DNA of 64,000 nt from Chrysomallon squamiferum (Eukaryota; Animalia; Mollusca): contig CM022675.1 in the NCBI GenBank assembly GCA_012295275.1, positions 10,726,001 through 10,790,000 on the forward strand, written 5' to 3'. Numbering within the stretch: position 1 is the stretch's first letter; every line of letters begins with the position of its first letter. Both the position numbers and the translations under genes were made by a program. Shown here piece after piece: positions 1-14,959 of the stretch. The notes beneath the pieces were generated by a model. The model saw only the letters and a list, made by a program, of their open reading frames with translations, had not been told where the DNA came from and made no database searches.

Positions 1-379
1 GAAAATGAAAGCACCTTTTGAAGATGGACTCCGAGCTGATAAACACTGAAGCGCAAATATAATTTGTAATGAATTGTTTTACAAATAAAATATTTGTTGT
101 GTTTATGTCCTCCATCATTTCGAGCTCGTATTATTTATTGTGTGCGTGTGTGTATACATACATACATACACACACATACATATCTGTATACACTCTCTTC
201 TTCTCTGCCTCTTACGCACGCACGCACGCACGCACACAGACAACATAATAACAAAGAACATTATAGTCTTTATATATTTACGTCGTAATAATTATTTTAC
301 TATTGCATTTTGATGCTATTATTAGTCTTTTTAAAATACAAACGACAACAAAAATATTAACGCAAATAAAATCAAAAGC

Positions 380-608
380 AAGTAAATACGTAAGTAAAGT
401 AAAGTACTAAGTTAAAAAAAAAAGAGATTGAATAATAGAAATAATATCAAAGGTAAATAAATAAATAAAATAGTAAGCAAGTTAGTGAGTGAATCAAGTA
501 AATACGTAAGTAAAGTAAAGTAGTAAGTAAAAAGTAAAGAGATATAATAATAGAAATAATATCTAAAGTCAATAAATAAGTAAAATAGTAAGCAAGTTAG
601 TGAGTGTA
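380..608. repeat. Degenerate tandem duplication, about 116-bp period
   Basis: AAGTAAATACGTAAGTAAAGTAAAGTA occurs at 380 and 496, and AAAATAGTAAGCAAGTTAGTGAGTG occurs twice. Confidence 0.75.
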
Positions 609-1197
609 TGAATGAATAAATAAATAAATGAATGAATGAATGAATGAATGAATGAATAAATAAATAAATCAATAAATAAATAAATAAATAAATAAATATT
701 AATAATAACAACATAAATACAATCCCCCACGAAGTATAAATGCACTAGAAGTCTCTATTCGTTACAACGGACATCTTTCAAATTAGTAAAACAAAGATTA
801 CACAAGCTCTCAATTAGCTTGCTCTAAACGACCATCTTGGCGAAGCGGCTTAAGTTTTATCGCGGTTTAAAGATCAAAATAATCCATGGGTTGCCATCTT
901 TTTTTCTTTTTTTCCCCCCCTCATCATTAAGTCCGACCATAAATAACGCGCACCGTTCACTTTCGAGGATCGAGACTGACAAGTTAGTTGATTTTCTAAG
1001 TTATTCTGCCGATAGTTTTATGCATTTTGCAAAGCGTATCCATGTAACATGCATATTCGTGAAGCAAAGAAAGCTTCATGAAACATAAAACGCGATTAAA
1101 ATAGCATTAAGTGCTTAGCATCGACAACATGGACTCCGTTACAGTACCTTAAAATGCATTCCTTGTATTTCCAAAAAAATAACAAATAACAAGAACA

Positions 1198-1230
<33 letters not shown>

Positions 1231-1396
1231 AAAAATAAAAAAAGAAGAAGAATAACAACAACAAACAACTACAAAAAAACCCACACAAAAACAACAAAAA
1301 AATAAATAAATAAAAGAAAAGAAAATAAACAAACAAAAAACAAAACAAAAAACAACAAAACAAAAACAAAACAAACACAACAAAAAAGAAAAGAAA

Positions 1397-1463
<67 letters not shown>

Positions 1464-1834
1464 GAAAGAAATATTTTTGTGTTCATTGGTAGAAGAATCA
1501 AATTAAACTAATATATATACATATATATAAATATATACAGACATATGTATATAAGTATATTGTATGTGAGGGATATCATATAAATTAATCAGAGAAAAAA
1601 CATTTTTATATTCATATAATAATTTGATAAAGTCACTAAAGAATTAACTATTAGGATCCATTCATGTACATAATTTATGTGACTGAAGAATACGAATTCT
1701 AAAATTCTGGAATTATAATAATTGTGAGGATTTAAACTCTGAATAATCGAGACAGTTCTGATAATTTTTATATAGAAGTAATTTGTTACTGTGAAAATTC
1801 TGAATACGCTTTAAAAAGAGAATAACGATTTTAG

Positions 1835-2152
<318 letters not shown>

Positions 2153-3808
2153 AAACAACCAACCAACCAACCAGATAAATAAATAAATAAATAAGTGAAT
2201 AAACGAATAAACGAATAAATAAATAAATAAATAAATAACCAACCAACCAACCAATCAATCAATCAATCAAACAAACAAACAAACAAACAAACAAACAAAC
2301 AAACAGACAGACAGACAGACGCAAAGAAAGGCCGACAAAGAAAGAAAGAAAGAAAGAAAATAAACAAAAACTGCTTCCTCGCCACGTTGTTTTGATGTTA
2401 TTTGCATACGTGACTCAACCAGCGTATGTGATTTTGATTACAATTATTACTTTCTCCCAACATCACTTTTTTCTCTCTCTCTTTCGTAATTAAACCATAA
2501 CACTCGCAAATCTTTTTTTTTTTTCTATTTGTATATAATATTTATCCACACTATTCGAATGAATTTCAATCGTATGTAAGTAAAAAAAAAAAAAAAAAAA
2601 AAAAAAATATATATATATAAAAAAAAAAAAAAAAAAAAATTGTTTTTGAAGTTGCATGACGGGGTCTGTATTTTCATCGCATGAGTGATTTTATTGTTTT
2701 TCCACATGTAAATTTCCACGTCCTACTGTAAGCGTGCAGAATGTGATATTTTAATGAGGAAACCAGCTTAACGAGAATCTTAGGTTAGGAAGGAAAGAAG
2801 AAAACAAAAAAAATGAAGAAAGGAGTAGTTATAGTTCTGTGTTTGAATTAGCTGTAAATGTATATTGATGCATGTATTTATTTGTACGTATTGCATACAT
2901 ATATAATATACATCGATTTTGTATAATAATGTATAATGGTGGAATTAACGTATACATATAAACATACATACATACATATACTGATGTACGCACAAACTCA
3001 TACTCATATATATATCAGTACATTATTATATATTAATATTAATGATGGTAATGATAATGATAATAATAATAGTAATAAATAAAAATATATAAATAAATAA
3101 ATAAATAAATAAATAATAACCAAATAAATCCAAATTAAATAAACAAACAAACAAACAAACAAACAAACAAACAAACAAACAAACAATCAAACAAACAAAC
3201 AGATAAATAAATAAATAAATAATGGCAGAAATTTCAAAATAGTTTAATAATAGCTGATGTTAGTAGTGCATTCACATATGCATGCAAATAAACACACACC
3301 AAAATACATAACTATACACATACATATATGGATATACACAGACATATATACGCATACATACACACATATATATATCCATCCATATGATATGATTTAACCT
3401 GATATAATATAGCACTGAAATACACAAATGAATCAATCTATTTACATGTACATTAATATCAGCAAAGAATTTCAGAGGCATTGTTGAATAACGTATACAC
3501 TACTAATGCGCTCAGATTAAAAAGGTTATTTTGGGATATGAAAACTTCTTTTTATCTTCTTCTAAAATGTTTTATCGTTGCTATTACATGCTGCATCAAA
3601 AAAATTTCAAACCGGTTTAAAGAATGTATAAGCATGGCAAATGTGCTGCGTGTGTTTTCAACAAAAAAAAAAAAAAAAAAAAAAATATAGAAAAGAAATT
3701 CAAAACATCAAAGACATCAGAAAAAGATATTAGAACGTAAAAAAGATAAAAAGAAAAAATGAAAAGAAATTAGTCGTTATGAAGATGCATTTTAATTTCC
3801 ATTTCTAA

Positions 3809-4012
<204 letters not shown>

Positions 4013-4648
4013 ACCTTTATATCTCAATATCTCCGTTATGCATATATTGCTTTCATACACCGATATACACCACCGCCAGTACAACGCTCTAAAGGAGCCT
4101 AACAGGAAAAAAAAAAAAAAAAAAAAGATGAAAGAAATGATGCCAACGGGTTTTACCGTTAACCAATCAACTTCTGAAGCCACTTTCATAAGATAAAAAA
4201 AAAAAAAAAAAAAAATAATAAAAATAAAAATTTGGTATTCCGAGCCATCGAACCTCTGAACTAGAGAAATCAGTGCGCTAAAGCCTCTGGCGTTTCATCT
4301 TGGTGCGAGAGCGAAGCAAACAAAAGCCGCCGGACTATGATGAATGACTTCATTTAAAAGATACTCACCCAAATGCGCGATTCATGTCTCTCTTCGTCTT
4401 CAGATCATGGAGTTTAATGATGTCGGAATTGAGTTCTCAGGACGGTTTCAGGGGGGGGTGGGTGGGTCAGTGTGGGGGTTCAGAGAGCAGAGGGGAGGGT
4501 GAGGAGGAAAGTGGACTGTGAGGAAAGGCGATGGGGAGGGGAGGGGAGGAATTTGGGGAGAAAGTGACGGAGAGAAGAATGTACGCGTGATGAAGGTTAA
4601 TTTGAAGGATGGCGAGTTATGATGACTGGTTAGTTCGTCAGTTCTCAT

Positions 4649-4731
<83 letters not shown>

Positions 4732-4969
4732 GTGTCTGTAATTACGTTCATGTTAATTATAAACAAATAAACAATGAAATAAATAAAAGAGATTCTTACA
4801 AAATGTAACTAATTTCATGATAGTCATATAAATGAGAAATTTGGTTTTGTTTCTAATGCAATGTCCGTTTCGATGACAGACATAATTGTGACGTCACAAT
4901 CAAGTCTCTCGTAACTAAATGTCACTGCTACTACTAGCAACAGTAGTAATGGTAATAATAAATAAACTA

Positions 4970-5001
<32 letters not shown>

Positions 5002-5050
5002 AGACAAATAAACAAATAAAGACATTTATTTAATAGAAAAAGAGGAAGAG

Positions 5051-5122
<72 letters not shown>

Positions 5123-5409
5123 CAAAAGTAAACATGATCAAAACAAGATAAATTAACTAGATAATGTATTTTCACGAAGACAAAACAAGAAAGTGCAATC
5201 TTCTGGAATAATTATTTTTTCATATTACCCAAACATATTATTTTTCGTTTGTTTTTCTTTCCTTTTTCTTTTTCTCCCTTCTGTTTTCTTCTTTCAGTTT
5301 TACATATTTATTTTACAAAGAAAAAAGAAGTAGAAGAAGAAATTCAAGAGAAAATTTCTTATTTTTATTATATGCGAATTCATTGTTTTCCTTAATTTTT
5401 ATAAAAATT

Positions 5410-5523
5410 TGTATAAAGAAAACAAATACACTCATTTAATATTTAATTATATAAAAACGATGACGATGTATAAAGAAAACAAATACACTCATTTAATATT
5501 TAATTATATAAAAACGATGACGA
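5410..5523. repeat. Perfect 57-bp tandem duplication
   Basis: TGTATAAAGAAAACAAATACACTCATTTAATATTTAATTATATAAAAACGATGACGA occurs twice (5410-5466 and 5467-5523). Confidence 0.95.
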
Positions 5524-5804
5524 TGATAATAATAATAACTGCCACTATTACAGCTACTACTATTACTACTACTACTACTTCTACTGCTACTGCTATTACT
5601 ATTGCTATTACAATGATTATTACTTCTATTACTGCTACTGTTATTTATACTGCTATTACTTCTACCATTAGTAGTAGTGCCATTCCTACTACAAATAATA
5701 ATAATAATAATAATAATATTATAACAATAATAATAATAAAACAATAATATAATAAATAATAATAATAATAATAATAATAATATAACAATAACAATAATAA
5801 CAAC

Positions 5805-5848
<44 letters not shown>

Positions 5849-6392
5849 TAATAATAACAATAATAATAATAAAAAAACCCCAATAATAACAACAACAACA
5901 ACAACAACAACAACAATAAAAATAATAATTAGAATTTCCCATACTTCAACCAACCCTATTACATAACTATTATTAATTATTTACATTATTTTATCATTTT
6001 TAATTTTTTTTATTTTTTTTTATTTTATCTTAATCACTACTTTCTCTTGACTTCATTTCAACTCTCGCCCAACGCCTGCACGACGTCGAAACATGCAGTC
6101 GCTGGCAGCACCGGCTTTCGTAGCAGCGTCATCCGAATTTAAACACGGAGGGCTATCCATCACGCACGACACGGTGAGCTGGAAACCTAAAACAAGCACA
6201 GTGTCAGAGGCTTTGTGTCGACAGCCTAATAAAATAAACAGCTTTATGTTGCGAGTAGGCGAGAGCTGAAGAGACACGACTGGAGAAATTGCTTTCAGCC
6301 ACGTCTTTAGTCTTCTGTTTTCAAAAACCGTCTTAGTTCGGTTTTATAGTGATAGAAATCGGGATTGAGACTCTTTCGGGGTGAATCGATTG

Positions 6393-6439
<47 letters not shown>

Positions 6440-6528
6440 AGGTGGGATTTTTTTTGGTCTGTTTGTTGTTTTTTGTGATGTTATGTGTTACTTTTTTTCA
6501 TTTACTGTTGTTGTTGTGATTATTGTTA

Positions 6529-6570
<42 letters not shown>

Positions 6571-6713
6571 TTTTCGTTTTTATTCTTATTTTTGATGTTG
6601 CTATAAATATTATTATTATTATTATTACTATTATTATTACTATTCTTATTGTTGCTGTTATTATTACTATTCATATTCTTATTATTATTGTTGCTGTTAT
6701 TATTATTATATTA

Positions 6714-6744
<31 letters not shown>

Positions 6745-6924
6745 TTATTTTTATTATTCTCTACAATTTAATTAATTTTTTTACCTTGTTTTATATTCCT
6801 GTTGTTGATCAATATTTTTCGTTTTACCATTTTGATTTTTTTTTTGCAATTAATCTACCGTTAGTTAAATATCTTTATAATAAGCAGATAAATAATACTT
6901 TTTGTAAATATAGCATTTTTCTTA

Positions 6925-7011
<87 letters not shown>

Positions 7012-7045
7012 TAATAATAATAATAATAATAGTAATAATAATAAT

Positions 7046-7157
<112 letters not shown>

Positions 7158-7530
7158 GCTCTAGTTATGTTTTGCATCAACCGACTGAAACTCAGATGAC
7201 CATTAACATTAATTTTGTTTCCTTGACCAGTAGAAACTTCTGAACGAAGGGACGCAACTCCAGTAATCTGTTTCTATCGGCATCCACATTTTAACAATTT
7301 AGACTTAAAAGCATATTTCATTTCTATTATTTTCTTTTTAAAAAATTTTAATTTTTATTTTTGCATTTCTCCTTTCTTCAATTTTTATTTCATGCATTTT
7401 AAATGATAGGTAACTGTTTTCTCATTGTTTTAAACCCTTTTTATGATTTTCTAATCAATTTTGTTCTTCATTATTATTCTCTTTCGTATTTAATTCACCC
7501 ATGCATTCTTATTTTCGAAATATATATATA

Positions 7531-7600
<70 letters not shown>

Positions 7601-7605
<5 letters not shown>

Positions 7606-7701
7606 ATACTTCTGTATCTTTCTTTATTTCCTGTTCTAGTTCCGTCTCTCTTTCTCACATTTTCTGCGATTTGTTACAAAGTGACATTCGTAGCTGGCAC
7701 G
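7601..7701 (+). repeat. Dispersed repeat B, copy 1 ((CT)n-associated)
   Basis: TGTTTATACTTCT...TTCCGTCTCTCTTTCTCACATTTTCT..GATTTGTTACAAAGTGACATTCGTAGCTG is the reverse complement of 20109-20197. Confidence 0.9.
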
Positions 7702-8207
7702 TTCTGAACGTTATTAAATTAATAAAAGTAGCAGCTGCTCTTTTGATAAATGAGAGAAACAAAAAATAAAAAAAAAAAAAAAAAAAAAAAAAAATTAAAA
7801 AAAATAGGGTCGGCTCTATAAAGTGGTATATTTCACAGAGGTCTGAAATCTGATTAATTCTGCTTTTGCTTTCATTTCCCTACGAGCTACACATCACGTG
7901 AGCAAACAGACAGGAAATGTACTTACAAATAAATCGATAACAACAACAGCGGGTAAACGGTTAAAATGTGGAAGGTGATCAATTTCATTGTGACAAACAA
8001 TAAAACGGGATACAGACATTTGTACATTACAGAATTGTAGACTAATTAATAAATTAAATAATATAAATTTTCTTTTGTGGATAATGTCTATGAGAAATTA
8101 ATAATTTATTTAATAAAGGTGCAAGAACTACTATAATAACGATCATAACAATAGCAACAACAACAATGACAACAGTAATAATAATAATAATAATAATTAT
8201 AATAAAT

Positions 8208-8240
<33 letters not shown>

Positions 8241-8297
8241 GTAATAATATAAAACAGCAACATAAATGTAATAAAATAATAAACAAATGATATCACC

Positions 8298-8354
<57 letters not shown>

Positions 8355-8694
8355 GTAGCAAACACATCTAATTAAATGAAAAGTAAATAAATTTATAAAA
8401 ACTGAAAAGGAAATGAAAAAATTCTTTTTTAAAATTATAAATCAAAAACGCAATTCAGAACAGTTAAATAAAAATAAAAATTTCAAGAAGACATTGGTGA
8501 TAAACCGACAACATAAAAGTGGCAAACCAAGTTCTATTATAAAAATGCCACAGACAAATAATAATAAAAAAAAAGAAATAAAAAATACAAAGTTAGAAAT
8601 AAAAACATGGAAGAAAAAAGATTTTGCTGCTGATATGTTGTTTCGATGTATTTTAGTGAATGTACTCAGTGTGTGTGTGTGCGTGTGTATGTTT

Positions 8695-8753
<59 letters not shown>

Positions 8754-9002
8754 CATGATAATAATAATAATAATATCAGCAACAGAAACATGAACAAAAA
8801 GAAATGTCAAAGACAACAACAACAATAAAAACCACAACAATATCAATAATAATAAAAGCTGTAATAACAATGAAAAGAACAAAAATAACAAGAACAGAAT
8901 AAAGCTATAATAATTATAACAACTAGAAAAAAATAAAAATAAAAACAAGAGGAAGAAGAAAGGGAAGAAGAAAAGGAAAGAAGTAAATAAATAAATACAA
9001 AA

Positions 9003-9033
<31 letters not shown>

Positions 9034-10009
9034 AATAAACAATATTAATATACAAATAAAAATGAACCTGCAAAACCTCATAAAAAAAGTAAGAAAAAAA
9101 TATAAAGGACAGAATAATTCACAGTTACTTCAAACGAACATTTCAAATAGCGAATTTGTAATAAATTTATTACAAATATGACAAATATCCATATATAACA
9201 CTGTCAAAGGTAAACAGAAAAATACCCGCATACTGACTCCCCCCCTCTACTTCCCCCTCACCCATTTTCTAGAACCAAACAACAATGCTTTAGTCGTCCC
9301 ATCGACATTTGAACGATAGCGTCAGACAAAAGTCGTATTTTCTTCCTTTCAACGAATCAATTGGTTTGGATCGAAAGAGGAAACACTAATTTGACCAGCC
9401 GTAGCTCGCAATCCGCCCGGGACAATGAAAACTCTCGGGACTAGAAATTGCGTCCAATTATTTTGGCGTTTGTTTCATCAAATCTGCGAGAAGATCGACA
9501 AATTCCCTCGATAGCGCGAGTGAAAACTATGATTCCGATTTCAGCCAATTTCCTTCAAACGCCCCGCGTCCATTTCGCTTAGATTGCAATCGCTTTTGAT
9601 GTAGGTTTTATTTTTTTATTTTTTTTATTTTTCTCTCTGTCTCGTTTGAAACATTAATCGGTTAAACATATCAATAGGTATTTTTATTAATTTGTTTGTT
9701 TGTTTGTTTGTTTGTTTGTTTATTTGTTTGTTTGTTTTATTTATTTATTTATTTGTTTGTTTGTTTGTTTATTTATTTATTTGCTTATTTATTTATTTAA
9801 ATTTTTATTTATTTGCTTATTTATTTATTTATTTATATATTTATTTATTTATTTATTTGCTTATTTGTTTGTTTGTTTATTTATTTATTTATTTGCTTGT
9901 AAATTTGCTTTTTCATTTATATTTCTTTTTCCATTCATTCTTTCTCACCTCCTCATCCTCCATCATTCCTTTTTTTCTTTCTTTCTGACTGGTAATATTT
10001 ATAATCACA

Positions 10010-10042
<33 letters not shown>

Positions 10043-10348
10043 AAATTATTATTATTAGTAGTAGTATTATTAGTATTATTATTATTATTATTAATTATTT
10101 TATTGCATGCAATTTATTTAGTATATATTTAATTTCTTGTTCATTATGTTTTATTTAAGAACGATCAATCAGGAAAAAAAAAGTTATATTAAAACTGTTA
10201 GAAATAGCAGTAAAAAATTAAAAATAAATAAATAAATAAATAAAAAGAAAGAAAGAAAGGAATGATAAAAAAAATTAATAACATTAAAATAAATTATGAA
10301 ATATATATATATATAAAGATAATGATGGTGATGATGATAATGATGAAG

Positions 10349-10395
<47 letters not shown>

Positions 10396-10955
10396 TAATA
10401 ATAATAATAAATAATAATAATAATAATAATAATATCAACAGCAACAACAAAACAACAACAACAACAACAACAAGAATTTTGCAATCGAATACATATACAA
10501 AAAATATAAATTCCATATCTGTATGTATATAATTATATATACATCCAACGAATCTAGCTTTAAAATCGACACGACACCACATCTTGAACCCATGAACTCT
10601 TAAAATTTGCGAACATCTTCACTTTCTCATCACAACAGCAACAACGACAACAAGAAGAAGGAAACAAATTTTGAATCTTGAGAAAGGTCGTATATCCTGG
10701 CACCTCGGGCACGGTCATTTTGAAACGAGTCTCTCTCCCCCCCTCCCTCCCTAAACGCTCGACTTCACCGAGGCGGGATGCGGGGAGTTTGCAGACGGGT
10801 CAGAAAGTATCGTAAATCAAATCGGACACGGTTTAAGATCGGAGCTCGTTTATTTCCATTTGTTGTCAGAGACGTCGCACTTTTCTTCGCTTAATAAAGA
10901 CAGATTTTCTCCGTCTTCAAGGAGTTATTATTTGCCGAATAATTCGTGTCCGTTT

Positions 10956-11022
<67 letters not shown>

Positions 11023-11784
11023 TGTTCCTGTTTTGGTCAACGGAAAAAACTCGACTTCAAAGGCGAATGTTATGAACGACACGGTTTTTTTGTGCCCGCG
11101 TTTTTTTTTTTTTGAGAATGACGAGAAATAAACATGGCTTTTGAAATAAAGATTTCTCTCTTTTTTCTTGTTTTGTTTGTTTGATGAATTAAACATACCT
11201 TAATCCGTTGTGAATGAAAAGCAGGGAAAAAAGAAGAAGAAGAAGAAAGAATGAAAAAAGGGAAGGTGAGGTCTTTAAGAGTGGTATAAAAGCGTCAGGA
11301 AGTTTTGAAAAAAAAGAAGAAAAAAATAAAATAAAAAAATAAAATGAAAATAAATAAAAGACTAAAAATAAAATTAAAAAAAAGAAGAATAAAACTATGT
11401 AAGATGTAAAGAGGTATAAACACATAATGCATGTAAAATGTAAAAATATATTAATTCATGCAAAAATAATTTAGGTAAAACAGAACCCTAATTATAAATA
11501 AAGACACCAGAGATATAAAATTTCTGTAAAATTCGATATGTAAGACTATGTAAAATGTAACATAGTGTGGAAATGTAACTAGATTAAATATAAAGATTTA
11601 CCAAAGTCAAATCTATGTAAAAAAGAATTTGTTTGTAAAGCATAATGGTATCTAAAAGTAAAAATTTTGTACAATGTAAAATATCAGTAAAACTGATATG
11701 AATAAAAAAGAAAGAAAGTCTGTATTGTAATAAATACATTATACCAGTTCCTTTTATTCTAAAAGTCGTATAAATAATAATAAC

Positions 11785-11825
<41 letters not shown>

Positions 11826-11828
11826 TAA

Positions 11829-11893
<65 letters not shown>

Positions 11894-12402
11894 GCAACAA
11901 CAACAATAATAATGATTTATAGTCTATATATCTCTAAAAACTATCTATCTATCTATATTTATATCAACACAAAAATTCGAAGTGTATGACGGTGTTTGTA
12001 TAGAAATACATTTTAAATATTCAGGGTTGCTTAGAAACAAAATTAAAACTAGTGTAAAATGATGTATTCTTTACAAGTTAAATATAACATAATCTTTAAT
12101 AATTAGAGAGAAGAAACATGTTTTTTATTTAGTTACTACTACTACTACTACTACTACCAGAACTACTACTATTTTTTATTATTATTTTTTATTTATTTTT
12201 TTGTTATTCGTGGTCGAGTAAGAAATTTATTATTTGAAGATATGTAGGAGTTACTTCCCTTGGAACAGCCATTGGAAATTTTAATACAAATTGTCAGATA
12301 AATACAATTTACTACTAAAATAAAGAAATAAGTAAAAATAAGTAAGTAAATAAATAAATAAATAAAAAGTAAGAAATGAACTGAAAGAAAAGAAAAGAGA
12401 AA

Positions 12403-12439
<37 letters not shown>

Positions 12440-14034
12440 AAGAAAAATGCGATTCATGAACACGTGATTACATTGCATAATTAAACATTTTATCATTCTT
12501 ACTGTTGTCGTCGTTGTCGTTGTTATTATTAATACTATTATGTAAAAAAAAATAAAAATAAAATAAAAATAAAATGTGGACATAAATAAACAATAAAGAA
12601 AACATTTAATATAATATAATTATTGAAATAATTACCAATATTTACAGAAACACAGTAAACACCACACACACGCGCGCGCGCGCGCGATATCCACAACCCA
12701 CAAAAACGAACATTTAATAACGTCTATGACGTAATAATAAAAAAAGAAAAACCAAAAAATATAGTAAAAAGTTTATATCATACTGCAAAGATTAACATAT
12801 CCAAACAGTTGGAAACAATACTTATATAACTGCAATTAAGGTTAAATTAGTATTTTTAACAACACACTCAGAAGGGTACATAAATACGCAAATTGGGTAC
12901 ATTTAAAGAGAAAGAACGACTGTATTATTAATGCATTACAATTACTTCGACTGGTTCACAGGCGATGGTCAGGGAATCTCATTACCCGCCACGGATCATT
13001 TCAAAGTTTTCAGTCTACCTCGCTCACTTGAGCCTTTGACGGACGGACGGAATTTGCACTTCACTTTAACTGCAATATATCACTTCTGAGATGAATATAC
13101 TCCCACTCCTTTGTGAAGTGACAACGCCGTTTGGGATTAAAACTCTAATCCCATCAATTATTCAGACAAATGGAATTTTACACATTTTTTTTTTCTTTCT
13201 TTTTTTTTCTTTTTTTTTTTTTGGTTAGGATTTATTTTACTTTTTTTTTATTGTGTTTTTTTTTTCTTTTTCTTTGTTTTCTCTTCTTTCTTTCTTTCTT
13301 TCTTTCATTCTTTCTTTCTTTCTTCCATACTTCATTCCGAACGTCTGAATGTTACGGTTTAAAAATTTGGTTTTTATTTTTTATAATATTCATTGAAGTA
13401 ACAAATATGAATTATGTATGATTTTCTAATTATATAATTCACATTTATTATTTCAGTATATATATATATTGTATTTACTTGAAAATAATATATGAATCAA
13501 ACAATCTAATGATGTCATCTTCTTAACCTTTTGCTTGTTAAATACCAGGCAGAATTTTTATTTACTTTCGATTATTATTAGCATAAACTTGGCTTTGTTG
13601 CTATTACTATTGAATTTCTTCATCTCATTATTATTATTATTATTTATTCATTTTTTAAAGGATAAAAAAGAGGAAGATGGAGAAGAGACAGAAGAAAGGA
13701 AAGAAGATGAAGAATTAAAGGAAGCCATTTAAATAATCAATCGATTGATGAATGATCAACACACAGGTAAATAAATAATAAATAAATAAATAAATCGATG
13801 GACAAAAAAGCAATCAAAGAAAGAAACAAACAAACAAAATAAATTTAAAAAAAACAAAACAACTGAGCTTAGTATTGTTAAATTGATATTAATTATCAAA
13901 CACTCAATTATGCTAATATTTGATAAAGATACACAGAGACAAAGATACACACATACGTACATACATACATAATAATACATATATATAGGTATGTATATAC
14001 AGAGAGAGAGGAAGTGACAGAGATGGAGAGAAAT

Positions 14035-14128
<94 letters not shown>

Positions 14129-14923
14129 CGAGCACACTATAAACAAAACAAATTAGTACGACAGACAAGTAACAAATCTCATCGATCATTTAAATCTTAA
14201 AACTGTAGGATACACAAATTTCCTTCGTTTGTCGCTCGTGTACATTTCAGCTGAACTCGGTAGGTAATCGTTTTCACCGGCATCACGTGGTGAAACTGAT
14301 CGCGAAGCGCGAGGTAAAATACCTGCCTCATGCCCCTGCAAAAATATACGAGCAGGTTGATTAACGGGAGAGGCTTAGCGTAACCTGGGAGCGTCTGGCA
14401 CCCCCGGGGAGAAGGAGGGGAAAACTTGGGAGACGAAAGATCTTCGAGGAAAAAAGATTAAAAAAACAACAACAATAAGAAGAAAGAAACACAAATGAAA
14501 AACAAAAGCCACATGGCGCAAAAACTAACCTGATAGGAGACAGAGGAGGAAGGCTCGCAGTGATGAATCGTCATTTTGTCACGTGTCGTATTCCAAAAAT
14601 TTGTCGTAAGGTATCCGAGGGTAAAAATGAAAAAATGTTATATATATACATATATTTTTTTTTTTTTTTTTTTTTTAAATTGAAGAAAACACGAAAATGC
14701 CGTTATGTCAGCCGAGAATTTAAACTTCCATCCTCATTCGGCGAACCGAATTTAAAATGTCTCGTTTTCCTTTCTCTTGGAGGACAGCCCGAGAGAAATG
14801 ACATTATGTGAAAATAAGTCGGACATAAATCAAACTCGGGGGACTATGAGCTTTAGTTTAATGGGTTTCAAATGTCCTTTCTGAAAAACGTGACATCCAA
14901 ACCTCCCCCCCTCCTCTCTCTCT

Positions 14924-14959
<36 letters not shown>

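Noticed and set aside
4464-4482. GGGTCA-n7-GGTTCA as a retinoic-acid response element
   Set aside because: The spacing is 7, not DR2 or DR5. I saw no canonical DR5 RARE in the window.
6131-6140. ATCCGAATTT, identical to the 3' half of miR-10
   Set aside because: The 5' seed half (TACCCTGTAG) is missing, there is no hairpin, and it is on the wrong side of Dfd.
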